DNA from: Lingula anatina
Taxonomy: Eukaryota > Animalia > Brachiopoda
Direction of reading: 5' to 3'
Length of the DNA: 64,000 bases
Assembly (NCBI GenBank): GCA_051362555.1
Contig: CM120644.1
Span: 10,934,567 to 10,998,566 of the forward strand
Shown here: in pieces, positions 12,959 to 25,078 of the stretch
How the letters are laid out: each line of letters starts with the position of its first letter
How positions within the stretch are numbered: the stretch's first letter is position 1
The notes under the pieces: model-generated
Databases searched by the model: none
Told to the model about the DNA's origin: nothing
The model's input: only the letters and a program-made list of their open reading frames with translations
Made by a program: the position numbers and the translations under genes

Positions 12959-13905
12959 ATGCCAATAGACTACCCGCTGGTGACTGGTTCTAAGCACTGG
13001 AGACGTAAAATGCTAACTGCATTTAGGGGTTTAGATTCAAATTCCGACGGCCTACTTACTAGAGAAGATTACCTGATGAGTGCTCGACGCATGGCACAAT
13101 ATTTGGATCTTAATGGTAGCTATAACGAGGGCACGCTAGTACTTTCAAGTAAACTGGTGAATATAGAGTATCAGAAGAAGGGTTCGATCCTTACTTTATC
13201 CTCCCTGGCCCCATTCCCAGCCTTCTGAAAATGCATATAATAAAATATTTTGACTGTTTAGTTTTATTTACTGGTAGATAGAACTTGCCTTAGTGGTTAT
13301 ATATATATATGAGGTTACAGAGACTATGCAGGTCTTAATTGTATTAATTTCTCACTGAATATAGGTTATATATATATATATATATATATTTCTGAGGTTA
13401 TAGAGAGGATGTGCGTCTAAACGTTATTCATTTCTCACTGAATAAAAATTTAAATGGGAACAATGAGAACATATGCTTTTTTATCCTAGATAAACAAGCC
13501 GAGGCTATTCTAAACCTGCGCCTGAACATCTGGAAGTCATTAATCATTCCGGGTTCTAAAAATGAAATGGATGGTGTATTGTCGGAGGAGGAATTCTGTA
13601 AGAATCGCATGGAGCGTTTTAACAATCTGCACCTCCGTCAAGAGTTGTTTAATACCGTCATTTCTGTGGAATTCAGCACCATGGATACCAATGGCGACGG
13701 AGCTATATCAAACCAAGAATTTGCTGCATACTGCCACAGCGTCAACATCCCTACTGAATCTTCGAAGAAAATCTTCAGAATCCTGGACACCAACAAAGAT
13801 GGGTTGATTTCTATCGAGGAGTTCGGTCAAGGTCACGCCGATTTCTGGCTGAGTGAAGACCCAAACAGTAAATACAATGAGTTTATTGGACCTTTAGTTG
13901 ACTAG
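12959..13905 (+). CDS. EF-hand SCP/CBP-like copy B (subfamily 2), 190 aa, no leader exon found
   Basis: Exons 12959-13115 (ttcag|ATG, MPIDYPLVTGSKHWRRKM) and 13490-13905. Loops DSNSDGLLTRED, DTNGDGAISNQE, DTNKDGLISIEE; ends HADFWLSEDP...FIGPLVD. Confidence 0.85.
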
Positions 13906-13918
13906 GGATGGTCAATAC

Positions 13919-14075
13919 CAGGACCCAGTTTCACAAAAAAATTTAAGTCAGTCACCTGGCTTAGTTGACTAGGATTTCCATGAGAGTGATGCTACACTGC
14001 TCCTGATAGGGTAAAACTTGCCCATGTGACCATTTACCTTGGTAATTAAGTTCTTTTTTGTGAAACCGGGGCCTG
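13919..14075. mobile_element. Short Harbinger-like MITE
   Basis: Inverted ends caggacccagtttcacaaaaa / tttttgtgaaaccggggcctg; the interior resembles about 37870-37980. Confidence 0.55.
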
Positions 14076-15869
14076 CTGTGACAGCCTGGCAGTTTCCTTG
14101 AACAGTGCGCGTTAGACCTTTATTCAGCAAAATTATAGTTTTCTGGAAACCCGATAAATTTGTCACTATTCACTACGGCAATCCCAGCCGAAGCTGTGGC
14201 GAAAGTTGCAAACTACAAATGTTTAAAGCCGTTTTGGGGCTTAGATATTCTACTTTCTTCCGCTCTGAGTGAAATTCGCCAGTGTTTACTACGAAATTGT
14301 TTCATAATCTAGAAACCAAATGCTTCAAACAAGTTGCTGGATTGTATATCTATGGTTTCAGTTATTATGATGCATCTTGGTGACATAGGGAAAAGTGCTG
14401 AAATGTGCAGAGAAATTAGTTCTGCAATTTTAAAGTCTTTCGTGCCTTCAGTATGCCATCGGGAAATCAATGTTGCTATGGCACAGTCAACGGGCCCTGG
14501 ATTCCAGATGGTTGTTGTTTTGCTGCCTTTACTTCTGCAATTATCGTCTTTTAGCAGGGTGACGGATTTAGCCAAAATACTTGTAGGCCAAAATGTCCAG
14601 ACCTTTGTGACAGCGATGTTATCTCTATTCTTCTCTCCACCACATGTCAAACTTTTCATTATGCATTGTCAAGACACTAACGTATGTTTTTTATGATTTT
14701 TGTTTCAAACTAAATATCAATTGTGTATGTTCAATATGAACAGCTGAATGCTCTGAGTCAAGAAAACCGATTACGGGATTTGATGAACTAATAAGTAAAA
14801 TTAAGAGGCGTTTCTTTCCCAAACAATTGAAATCAATAGAAAGTCAATCACCACTAAATGTAAAACTTCATGCAAAGATGTCTTCAATGCCTTTTTAAAA
14901 GATGAGAAGAGTTCATATATGTAAATATGACGGAGCTTAGTTGTAAAAAGCAGAATGATCACAAAAAAATGTGTTCTCTTTTTGGCAACCAGTGAAGTTG
15001 TTGAAGATAAATGTGAGGTGACTATAACCGGATGTGGGTAAAAGGGCACTATTCCCCTCGCAGATTGAATAAAATGGTATATTCCCAGAGAAAATACGAT
15101 TTAAAGTGAATATATCTGACACCTGGGAAGATTAGTAATTGTATTTCCTACTACCCTGAGCAGTTTGAAGGTACACTTACTAGGAATTTCCTGGTTTACT
15201 CCAGCAGTTCTTGCAGATCTAAAAGTGTTAAGAACAATGTAAGAAATAGTCAGTATTTGGTAGTATTTAGAATTATCCCGCTGTTAAACCACTTAAACTA
15301 GAATACTAGATTTTAATGTCTCATCAACGTTCAGCGCCATGCATACTGTTTGTATTTAAAAGTAATGTCATTCAATAGCAGACAGACAGTTTAAATGCAA
15401 ATGGCAGTGAACTTTTGAAACAGACGTGTCTCTTCGCCATGTATTTTCTTGCAAATGAGATAGTAACCTACATAACAAAGAAACATCTTACACGTCGACC
15501 AAGGAAAACATATGGTGTAAACAGACTTATTCCGTATGCACATTATTATCAAATATCTTTCACCTTATGTGACCTGCTATAGCGACAGCGGGTCACTCTT
15601 TCTTTTTTTTTATCTCGTATGGCATCTGGTGTCATTGTGTGACACTCTCTGAGTAGGGCATTAGTTATATCCTGATCCGAAATTCTTAAAATGATATGCC
15701 AGTCGAGTGTTGTTCCGATAACAAACTAAAATCAACATAGCCACTAAACTAAAGAAACTTGCGAAACTCATGGGCGTACTTTGTTTCCCGAATATAAACT
15801 TCTTCTGTTATCTTTGCAGAAAACTGTGACATCTAAATAGTACCGTACGAATTAAGACTCAAATGACAA

Positions 15870-18800
15870 CCAGACGACAGAATGGAAGGTTGCAAAACCG
15901 CCAATCAACCGTACAAAACAAAGCACATATTTAGAGATAACTATGACTAACAAAATTTCGTCTTTCTGTGAAAATACAAACGTAAGCTGAATTTAAATCA
16001 GAAAAAAATGTATCGACGTGATCAAAACACCTTGAAATTGCTCGCAAACAGCTCTACACTGATATCTATTTTCTCTCGAACTTGTTTCATTTGTTCATGC
16101 CGTGTCATGCTAATAAAAGCTCTATGGAAGTCTGGTCAGAAAATACGTTGACAAACGAGCATGCATCTCATTTTTTGCGAGTAAAAATGTAATAATGTCA
16201 AAATGTCAAAATGTCGAATGTCATAAACTCCAAATGTCCCTAAGTTATTACTTTTGGGTCCGTTAACTTCCTATTCCTTGTCAGTCACCTTTCCACAAAC
16301 AATAACGCGCATATACACGGTTAAACTATTTTTTGTGGAAATGGTTGGAAAAGATAACAGGAGCACCTTATAGACTATCACGCGAACTGAAACATTATAA
16401 ACATGTTTTGATGATCGTTTCTTGGTGTCAAGAGATAAAACCGCATTTTGTATTGTAAAACTTTTAGCTTACACACTGCGGTTGACCTCATACATATTCT
16501 CTTAATCAGCCATACACACACTGAGAAATACGTGACAACATTCATAGAAAAATCTGAGTCCTTCAACCGAGTAATACGAAAGCTCATACATTAAAAGGAT
16601 TAAAGCAGCAATGACATAAAAGATATGTATTTCTTCCTTTTTATGTGTCACATAACTTAAGCAGAATTTGTATCACAAAAAATGTAAGCCTTGAAATTAT
16701 GAGAAACAGCTCTGCACTTATATTCAATATTTGGCTCAGTGCCATGTCATACTGTAATGTCTAGATATAGAGGCACATTACCCATTACATCACTCAAATT
16801 GAAACATTATACAACATTGGTCAAAAAGGTTGTCCCACCCCCATTTCCATGTACTTTTACTTACAAATGATCACATCACAGCTGTGAACTGTTAGAAATA
16901 GTGCTTTTTATTACGGATACCGTGTCTAACATGATTAATGGTTTAAAAAATACAAAATAGTGGTGAAAATATACACATTTTATGCCATTTAGTAAAATTT
17001 ATAAGAGGTACCCCCTCAAATCAACTGTTTCACTGTGACTTCTACAGATGTAAAGAAATGTCTATAAAATTGAAAAGACGCCATCAAATGTCACCAAATT
17101 CACACACAATTAGCATTAGGGTGTGCTCGTAAAAGGTCACCTGCCTACCAGCGTGTGCGTCTACCGCGTACTGCAATTATCTCCTGTAGACGGCGCGACA
17201 AGCCTTCAACACGGGTTACAATTCTGTTTTGTGGGATATTGTCCCATTCTTCTTAAACAAGTTGGGGGAGTTGGTCCACGTTTTTATGGGGTTGGTTCTC
17301 CTTTGCATTGCACACTCCAATTCATGTCACAGTTGATTAGTAAGTTAAATATCAGGGCTCAAAGATGGTGGTTCCATCCTTAGACCATTGTGTTTCTTCA
17401 ACAAACACTTGCCAGGCGAGAGGTGTGAGCAAGTGTGCAGTCATGATAAAGCCTGAAGTAAACCCCAAAGTCAGTTCTTGAAAATGGAATGAGATATCAG
17501 CTGAGAATGCTACGTTCAGTGATCCCACAGGCACCTGAACCTGGCCATCCATCACTGGAAGGAAGTCGATTTTGATGCAGAATCAAATTATTTCTTGTAT
17601 CCCATCGATGGTCAAAGAGAGTCCATAGACATGTTAAAAAATGCCTCTCGGAAGGGTGTGTGTAGGGTAATATCGCCTGAGGTGTTAGATCAATCCGCAT
17701 TTGGAGAACATTCCAAGCCCATGGTATTAGTACATTGTTCCTTTTGGAACAAAACGTAACAGGGGCATTTTAATGTAACATTCTCAACAGAAATCTCACT
17801 CCATTTGCAAGAGGTGACTTCAGGGATACTACTGGCTTCGTTATGACAACGCACTTGCTCACAGCTCTCGTCTGGCAAACGATTTGTTGCAGAAACACAG
17901 GGCTCTGAGGATGGGACAACCGTCTTTGAGTCCTGATATTAATCCTACTGAGCACCTGTGGCATAAATTGGAATGTGCATTGCAGAGGAGAACCAATTCC
18001 TAAATAATCTTGACCAATTCCGCCACGCTCTTTAGGATGAATGGGACAATATCCCACATAACAGAATTGTTACCCATGTTGAAGGCTTGTCGCGCCATCT
18101 ACAGGAGATAATTGCAGTACGCGGTAGACGCACACGCTGTTAGGAGCGTGATCTTTAACGAGCACACCCTAATGCTAATTGTGTGGGTATTTGGTGACTT
18201 TTCATGGTGTCTTTTCAATTTTATAGACATTTCTTTACATCTTTAGAAGTCACAGTGAAACAGTCGATTTGCGGGGGTACCTCTTATAAATCATACTAAA
18301 TGGTATAAAATGTGTATATTTTCACCACTATTTTGTATTTTTAAACCATTAATCATGTTAGAAACGGTTTCCGTAATAAAAAGCACTATTTCTAACAGTT
18401 CACAGCTGTGAGGTGATCATTTGTAAATAAAAGTACATGGAAATGGGGGTGGGACAACCTTTTTGACCAATGTTTTGTAATCGTTTTTCGGCGTCAAGAA
18501 ATAAGACGGCATTTAATATCGTAAAACTTCGAGCTAACGCACATGTGATAAGCCTTATTCATATACATGTTATACTTGTATTTTAATTAAAATTAATAAA
18601 TAGGGGTTAGTATGGAACGCTTTTTTAATTTTTACATTTGCCGTAATTTTGTCTGATCTGTCACGTGATTGACGTGTGTCAAAATAGCTTCACCATGAAG
18701 GCAATTGTTACCGTATGTTTTCTTTGAAATCGACTTTGTTTGTATTTAACTGTTCATTTTTAGTGGTTATTAAATCATTGTTATATTCAGTCAACCAAAG

Positions 18801-19570
18801 GACCGAGGAGCTCATCGTATTTGCCGTTTGGGTCTTCCCCCAGCCAAAAATCGAGATGCGCCTCACCGAACTCTTTAACGGAGATGTAGCCATTTTTGTT
18901 GGTGTCCATGACATCGAAGATCTTCTTCGAGTGCTCCGTGGGGATGTTTAAACTATGGAAATAAGCAGCGTGTTCCTTGGGAGAAATCTTTCCATCACCA
19001 TCTGTATCCATGGTGTTGAATTCCACGGAAATGACTCGAGAGAACAGCTCTTGTCGGGCTTTCATGTCGTTGAAAGCCAGGATACGATTCTGTATAAACG
19101 CATCGAATGATACCTCTTCGGCCATTTCACCTTTTGGGTTCTTTTCGATCGCTGCCTTCCAGATATGCAAGCGTAGTTTTACAATAGCTTCAGTTTGGTC
19201 CTCTGAAAAAGTAAAGGATTATTTTTGAAAAAGAGAGAGAGAGAGAGAATGAAACATTTGGCATTTATGGCGCCTTAATTGGCGACAATTTATTCTTTTA
19301 TACTAAAGAGAATATAACAATAGAATTGGAATTCAAAGTTGCAATTTTATGAAAAACTACCATTTAGACCCAGATATTGTGCTGCACGCTTCCCACTCAA
19401 AATCATGTCTTCGCTGGAAAGACGTCCATCATTGTTAGAATCTAAGGCCCTGAATACGGTGCGCATTTTGCGTTTCCAGTGTTCCGAGCCGGTCAGCGGT
19501 GGATACTCAACGGGCATCTGAAATACGTTTATTTGTACAAAATTCGACTTAATTCGAATATGGAAACTTA
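15870..19570. repeat. Segmental duplication carrying the body of copy C (paralog about 25612-27620 carries copy E)
   Basis: Direct colinear similarity, interrupted here by the Tc1 derivative. Confidence 0.85.
16812..18477. mobile_element. Palindromic (fold-back) Tc1/mariner derivative
   Basis: Ends ta|caacattggtcaaaaaggttgtcccacccc and ggggtgggacaacctttttgaccaatgttttg|ta. Both arms carry a decayed transposase 3' end (DNALAH...SPDINPTEHLWH...EWDNIP...LQEIIAVRGRRTRC). Absent in the paralog at about 26550. Confidence 0.85.
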
Positions 19571-20174
19571 TTTTTTTCAAAATTGAAAATAAATGTTCTT
19601 TAAAGCAACCTGTCTTGTCTTGTCTTGTCTTGTCTTGTCTTGTCAGTCTACTGAAACAAGTCACGTGGTTTGAAAGAACACCCTGGAGTAACAAGATATT
19701 CTGGATTTATGCACCGAGATATGTTAAATGATCGACGCCCTTTAGTAATGTTCCTTTAACCAACATTCTTTCTACACTGTCATTTTCTTCTTTGATTACT
19801 GGTAGCAACATAGTTTTCTCAGCATTCATATTCAAACCATACGCCTCATTCCTTTTTTCGCTGCTTCAGTATACTGTTTCAGACTTTAGATTACACGGTT
19901 AATAAATTCCTGGTTTAATATGAAAAATATAGATATGCATTAAAAAATTATAACATACTAGTACCTTTTTTAATCTCAAAGGTCGGTTCATCACCTCTCG
20001 CTTGGGTTGGGAAAATCTCGGAAATCCCAGGCCAAGACCGTTGCGGGTAATCCATGTTTGTGAAGAGTAATTGATCTGCAGTCTCCTCACTGGTTGGAAA
20101 CGTATTTTTAACCTGGTTTCTGTTGGTTGTAAGACTCTGGTTATTCCTCGGAAAGCTTCGATAATCCTAGACAT
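18787..20174 (-). CDS. EF-hand SCP/CBP-like copy C (subfamily 2) with leader, about 260 aa
   Basis: Exons 20174-19965, 19517-19361, 19202-18787, in frame. Loops DSNNDGRLSSED, DTDGDGKISPKE, DTNKNGYISVKE; ends HLDFWLGEDP...LLGPLVD. Confidence 0.88.
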
Positions 20175-20905
20175 GGTGTTTGTGGAGAAATGAGACGTGC
20201 TAGAGAATTTAAAATGCACAGGTACCATCCACCCCAATGAAGCCCGGGATTTTCCTCTATGTAAATGTTGAGGCTGTCATAGGGACCATTCCCACAAATA
20301 AATGGATCGATCTATCTCCCTGGGGAGTCTCACTAAATTGCTATCAACGTAACCGGCTTAAATGTCTGTCACGCCTAGTAAAGCTGTTAAGGGGTAATTA
20401 GCTGATTCGGTAGGCGTGACAGACATTTAATCCTCTTGAGCTGATAGCAATTTAGCGTGAACCCCAAGGGAGTTAGGTCGATCCAGATGGATTGATTTAA
20501 GTATGGGAACCCAGTCATAAAAATTACTAGACTGAAAAATTTTTAAGTAACTAAATGAGGGGAGGGCTGAACAACCTTAGCACCTTGCCTTCACTGGAAA
20601 TGGAATAGAACTTTTTAAGGGTAAGATGATCCGAAACATACTGAACAGAAGTGTCCTAAAGATTTGAAAACATAATCTCTTTTTAAATGAAACCCAAAGT
20701 CAAGCTTCATTTAAAATCTAACAGTGGCTTGAACGTGATATGTCTGGAAAGAATATGAAACATGTGTTAGGGATTAGTTATCATAGCGTATTACTTTATA
20801 TTAGACTTTCTGCGTGACTGGAATAATGCCTTATAAACTCACTGGGGACATTTTTATCAATTTCGTCCGAGGTGAGAACAAACACTGCATGTGAATAAAT
20901 AAATA
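19600..20905. repeat. Inverted duplicate of about 42615-43903 (upstream region, leader exon, part of intron 1)
   Basis: Reverse-complement colinear match, including near-identical leaders MSRII(E/I)AFRGI. Confidence 0.85.
20283..20515. mobile_element. About 220-bp internally palindromic MITE (family also at about 21205-21415, 30438-30692, 55384-55607, 55612-55826)
   Basis: Shared cattccca...gatcgatcta...ggggagtctcacta...cgcctacta...ggtcgatc...tggga motifs; absent from the inverted paralog at about 42990. Confidence 0.75.
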
Positions 20906-21204
20906 AACTAGCAAAATTAAGAATATCTAATGCACACATGTACATGCTGATATATGCTGATATACTGAACGTTGCTTTATCTACGAATACGTAATCTACG
21001 AATACGTTTATCTCAGGCATTCTTAACGATTAACCTCTACCAGGGCCGCAGTAATTGTGGACATTTTTTGTTGAGGCGACTCTGTTACGTTTGACCATGA
21101 GGAAACAATTAACTCTGCCCGCGCGCGGAAGGTTTTGTACTCGCTCTGCAGGAGCTTCGCTTCGCGTCGATGCGATAACTGCTCGTTACGCAACCCGTCT
21201 AAGG

Positions 21205-21415
21205 GCGCATTCCCATAGATTTTAGTTGATTTAACACCATGGGGAGTCTCACTAGATTACTGTCAGATAATCCGGCTTAAATGTCCGTCCCGCCTACTAC
21301 AAGCTGTAAGGGGGTAATTAACTTTCGTGCCCGCTCGGCTGACAGCTATTTAGCGTGAACCCCCAGGGAGTTAGGTCGATCTAGTTGGATCGATCTAATC
21401 TCTGGCAATGGGGTC
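21205..21415. mobile_element. MITE, same family as 20283-20515
   Basis: Near-identical to 55612-55826. Confidence 0.75.
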
Positions 21416-21985
21416 TAAGGCTCCGCTGTCTGCTGAAACTAGCCACGTGATTAAAGTCAGAGCATTTACCCGTCTTGATTGCTGTTAAGCGTACTTAGTC
21501 TGGACCTGCATATTGGCAGTGCCTGAGCAGTTATGCAAACAATTACCAGCCATGTAATCAGCCTTGAGATTCCATTACAGGGTGACATCAGTCTAAAATG
21601 GCTGTCTATTTATCTAGAGACATATCTGTGAATATCTGTGAAAAATCAATCTGTGGCCCTGGTAGAGGGTAACTGCTGCCCAGGTATCAAGTGACTGCTT
21701 AAAATTCGCCCAGCTCTTTCGCCTGAAAAGAACGAAATATCTTAAAATGAACCACGGGCTCACACACGGGACCTACCGATATTTGGTCAATATTAGTGGT
21801 TGTATAATAAGAATTCAAAAGTTGCACAAAGCATGATAGAATGGAGGGGCAGAAATAGAGAGAGAGAGTGTGAGAATGTCGAACAAAAGGCATAGGATCG
21901 ACTAGTTCGCACAAGTATATCTTGTTGAGCAGCTGAAGCAATGCTCAAACATCAAATTAATGCAAAAAATTCTAATTGTATTCAC

Positions 21986-22950
21986 CAGTGAGGCCCAGAT
22001 ATTCTGCAAGGATCTTAGAAGAAGTCACTTAGTCTTCTTTGGTCATGTACCCATCGGCGTTGGCATCCATACGCTGGAAAACCGTTCGAGCTTTTCGTCT
22101 CCAGTGTTCTGATCCAGTCAACAGCGGGTAATCGGTTGGTATCTGAAACGGTTTTTGTAAGTGAGAGAAGAAAAAGAATAAAGACAAAAGTATGCTGTTG
22201 TAAGGTTTAAACATCGCTAAGAAACTTAACTTGTAGATAGATAGATAGATTTTTTATTTAACCGTCTCCGAGCAGAATACAATATTAAACAAAACAAAAC
22301 AAAAAGTAAATTACATATACAGTTAATCCTCCGACCTTTCCGTCTCCGACAACATCAAACATCTATGGGCATAATTAGCCATTGTATTAATGTCACCCGT
22401 ATTGTTAAAGTCTAGCCTATTGTAGTCTTCTCTTAACTGTTTCGTTATTTGACAGAAACAAATTACATGCTCTTCCGTCTGAACATCAGTTCCACATGTA
22501 CACAGTCTCATATTTCTGGGGCGGCGTGACCATTACATCTCCCCATTTCAATAGCTAAACTATGAGCACTTAGCCGTAACCGAGAACAGGCTATCCTGTC
22601 CCGTTCCCTGAGACTGTATATATGATGAATACATGTCGTGTATAGACAAGTTAGGATTCATCTTAAAGTATGTAAAGTATGTATCCCATAAAAAGAATGG
22701 ATGTTTATTATAAGATGATCACGCACCTTCTTCAATCTCAAGGGACGGTTTATACATGTATTACCACTCCTCGGGTTGGTTGGAAAAATCTCGGAAATCC
22801 CAGGTGAAGCCCGTTGCGGGATATCCATGTTTGAGATAGGTCGATAAGCTTTCCCAGTTTCCTTACTGGTTGGAAACATACAGCTAACTTGCCTTCTGCA
22901 GGTCCCATGAATCTGGATAATCCTCGGATAGGTATGATAATCCTAGACAT
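21986..22950 (-). pseudogene. EF-hand copy D pseudogene (leader and exon 2 only, subfamily 1)
   Basis: Leader 22950-22727 has an 11-nt frameshifting insertion (22751-22761). Exon 2 (22142-21986) has an in-frame TAA at 22029-22031. No exon 3 found. Confidence 0.88.
22235..22650 (-). mobile_element. 3' fragment of a non-LTR retrotransposon in intron 1 of copy D
   Basis: The minus strand encodes RLSAHSLAIEMG...MRLCTCGTDVQTEEHVICFC (LINE ORF2 C-terminal Cys/His motif), followed by aataaa and a (TCTA)n tail. Confidence 0.7.
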
Positions 22951-23858
22951 GGTGAACACCGAGAAAGCTGACGTCCATGTACTAGAGATTTCAAAATGAA
23001 CCATCTGCTCAAATCTTACCCAAATCTTATCTTTATTCAACGTTTGGGGGTGTCATAAAAGTTACCAGACTGGAAAGAAAAAATTGAAAGAAATAAGAAC
23101 TGAACAACCTTAATATTGCGTAATACTTTAAAATGGATTCAATAGACGGGTGCCTGCTGGAGCGTGCACTCATGACCTTTATACATAAGATTGAGGGCAG
23201 ATATTGTGTGCAAAGTGAATAAAAATGCAAACATCCAGTCTACGCATGTAACACATGCATTTTAATTCTTTCTCTCTCTCTCACACACACACAAACACAC
23301 ACACGACGCCTTCACACCTGGGCAGCAGTCGCTGGAGACAGAACACGTCTTAATTAACCAGGAGGAACACTGTCGAGACCTTCTGGCATTCCTGAATGAA
23401 GAACTTTCATGTAGAAAACGAACAAAATTAATCTGTTATTTCCATGTTAATTAATATGGCACGAGGGGTTTTAATTGTGGAGTCTTCTTCCCTTTTATTT
23501 ATGACGCGTTATCGTCCTTTGGGATCCGTGACACGGGGGTATATGCGATAGGAAAAGAACAACAAAGTCCTGATCTTTCTTTAATCCAGGCAAGCGGCTT
23601 TTATTGGATCACGGATGAGAGGTACAACTGAGTACGCCTTCTGAATTAAACTTTCGTTCCCTGTCGATCGGTTCTGCTCAGATAGTACAGGTACTTCTTA
23701 CGCGACGATATTGCTTCTAAAGGAACAATCTAACGAATAATTGTCTAAGCGCCTAAGTGAACAAGTGAATAAGTGTACATGTATAAGTGTCCAAGTGTAT
23801 AAGTGTCTAAGTGTCCAGCCCAAAGTGCGGGCCTCACTTTTATCTTCCTAGAATGCTG

Positions 23859-25078
23859 GGCCCGGTTGCACCAACCGGTCGTAAGTGAGGCGTAGCAGTT
23901 GCGCCGGCGTAAACCGGGCGCAAAATGCTACGCCCGAGAAAAGCCAGTTGCACCAAACTGGAGTAGTGTTTACGTCGGTCTTAACTTAGTCGTAAATTTA
24001 CGTCTGCTAGTTAGGTGGAGTAAGTCGGTCGTAGCTCGTTTTCCACTATGGCTAGGCTGGCACAGAGAGAGTTTGATGACAATTATCGTAGTTAACGTAG
24101 ATTATGTGGGTTGTTATTTGTTTGTTTCTTACACAAAACTTCCGTCTGCATAGCTTGGTTTTAAAAAAATTAATTATATATATAGCCATGTACATGTATA
24201 TGCATGTGTTCATATTAAATCTTACCACTCATGTCGACATGCCTTGGCTCTCAGCAGTACGGTTTCTTTAATGCTTTTCACAATTTTTGACAAACCATAA
24301 CTAACCATAGTCATTTTTTATTCACATTTTATATCATTCATATTTTACTGTATATAAACATAGAGACGAAAGCTTAAAATATCAACATTTTAAGGCTCAT
24401 ATAATATGTATTAGGTATATTGTATTTCTCAATCTCCAAGATGTAAGATCGATTGAATTGAATGATACCTCACGGTGTAACCATAGATAAAAAAGGTCAT
24501 GAAATTGTGGGCTCTGTTGTAAAATTATAAAAAGAAGGCAATGCTGGCTTTTTTGCATTATTTTCAGACTCAATAGTTTCGATTACAAATGTGAAGGTGT
24601 TCAAATCCATTAAAAGAAATACGTACTGCCTCCAACGCGTTTTTCTCATTTACAACAGCATACTATAATAGCATACATAGCACACTATAATAATATTTTG
24701 ATTCGGAATATATTTACGATTTTATTGCTATATATCCAAGGCAACAGCAAAGTTAACGTATTTTAACGTTCTTGTTTCTAATTGGAATAATTTAGCTCAT
24801 GAATTTCTCCGTCACTGAAATGCTCTTTTTGTGTTTACTTATGTTATCATTCCATTGTGACTGCAGCTGAGAACTCCTCATTTGCCCAATTATACCATCC
24901 ACGTATTGTTGGCCAGTGACGCAACGGAGCGTTACTCGGGCGTAGTTGCGACGATCAGTTTTTGTCTTGGTGCAACGGGCGTAAGCAGGGAGAGTAAACC
25001 TGGCGCACGGACGCTAGGCGTTGCGGTTTAAGACAGTCGTAGCCGAGTAAATTTACGCCCTGTTGGTGCAACCGGGCC
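23859..25078. mobile_element. Non-autonomous PIF/Harbinger-like element
   Basis: TIRs ggcccggttgcaccaac / gttggtgcaaccgggcc flanked by ctg and cag (CWG-type target). Confidence 0.75.

Noticed and set aside
14309-14696. Overlapping 116-aa and 120-aa ORFs
   Set aside because: No recognisable domain; they lie beside sequence resembling the 37994 element end and are probably decayed transposon.
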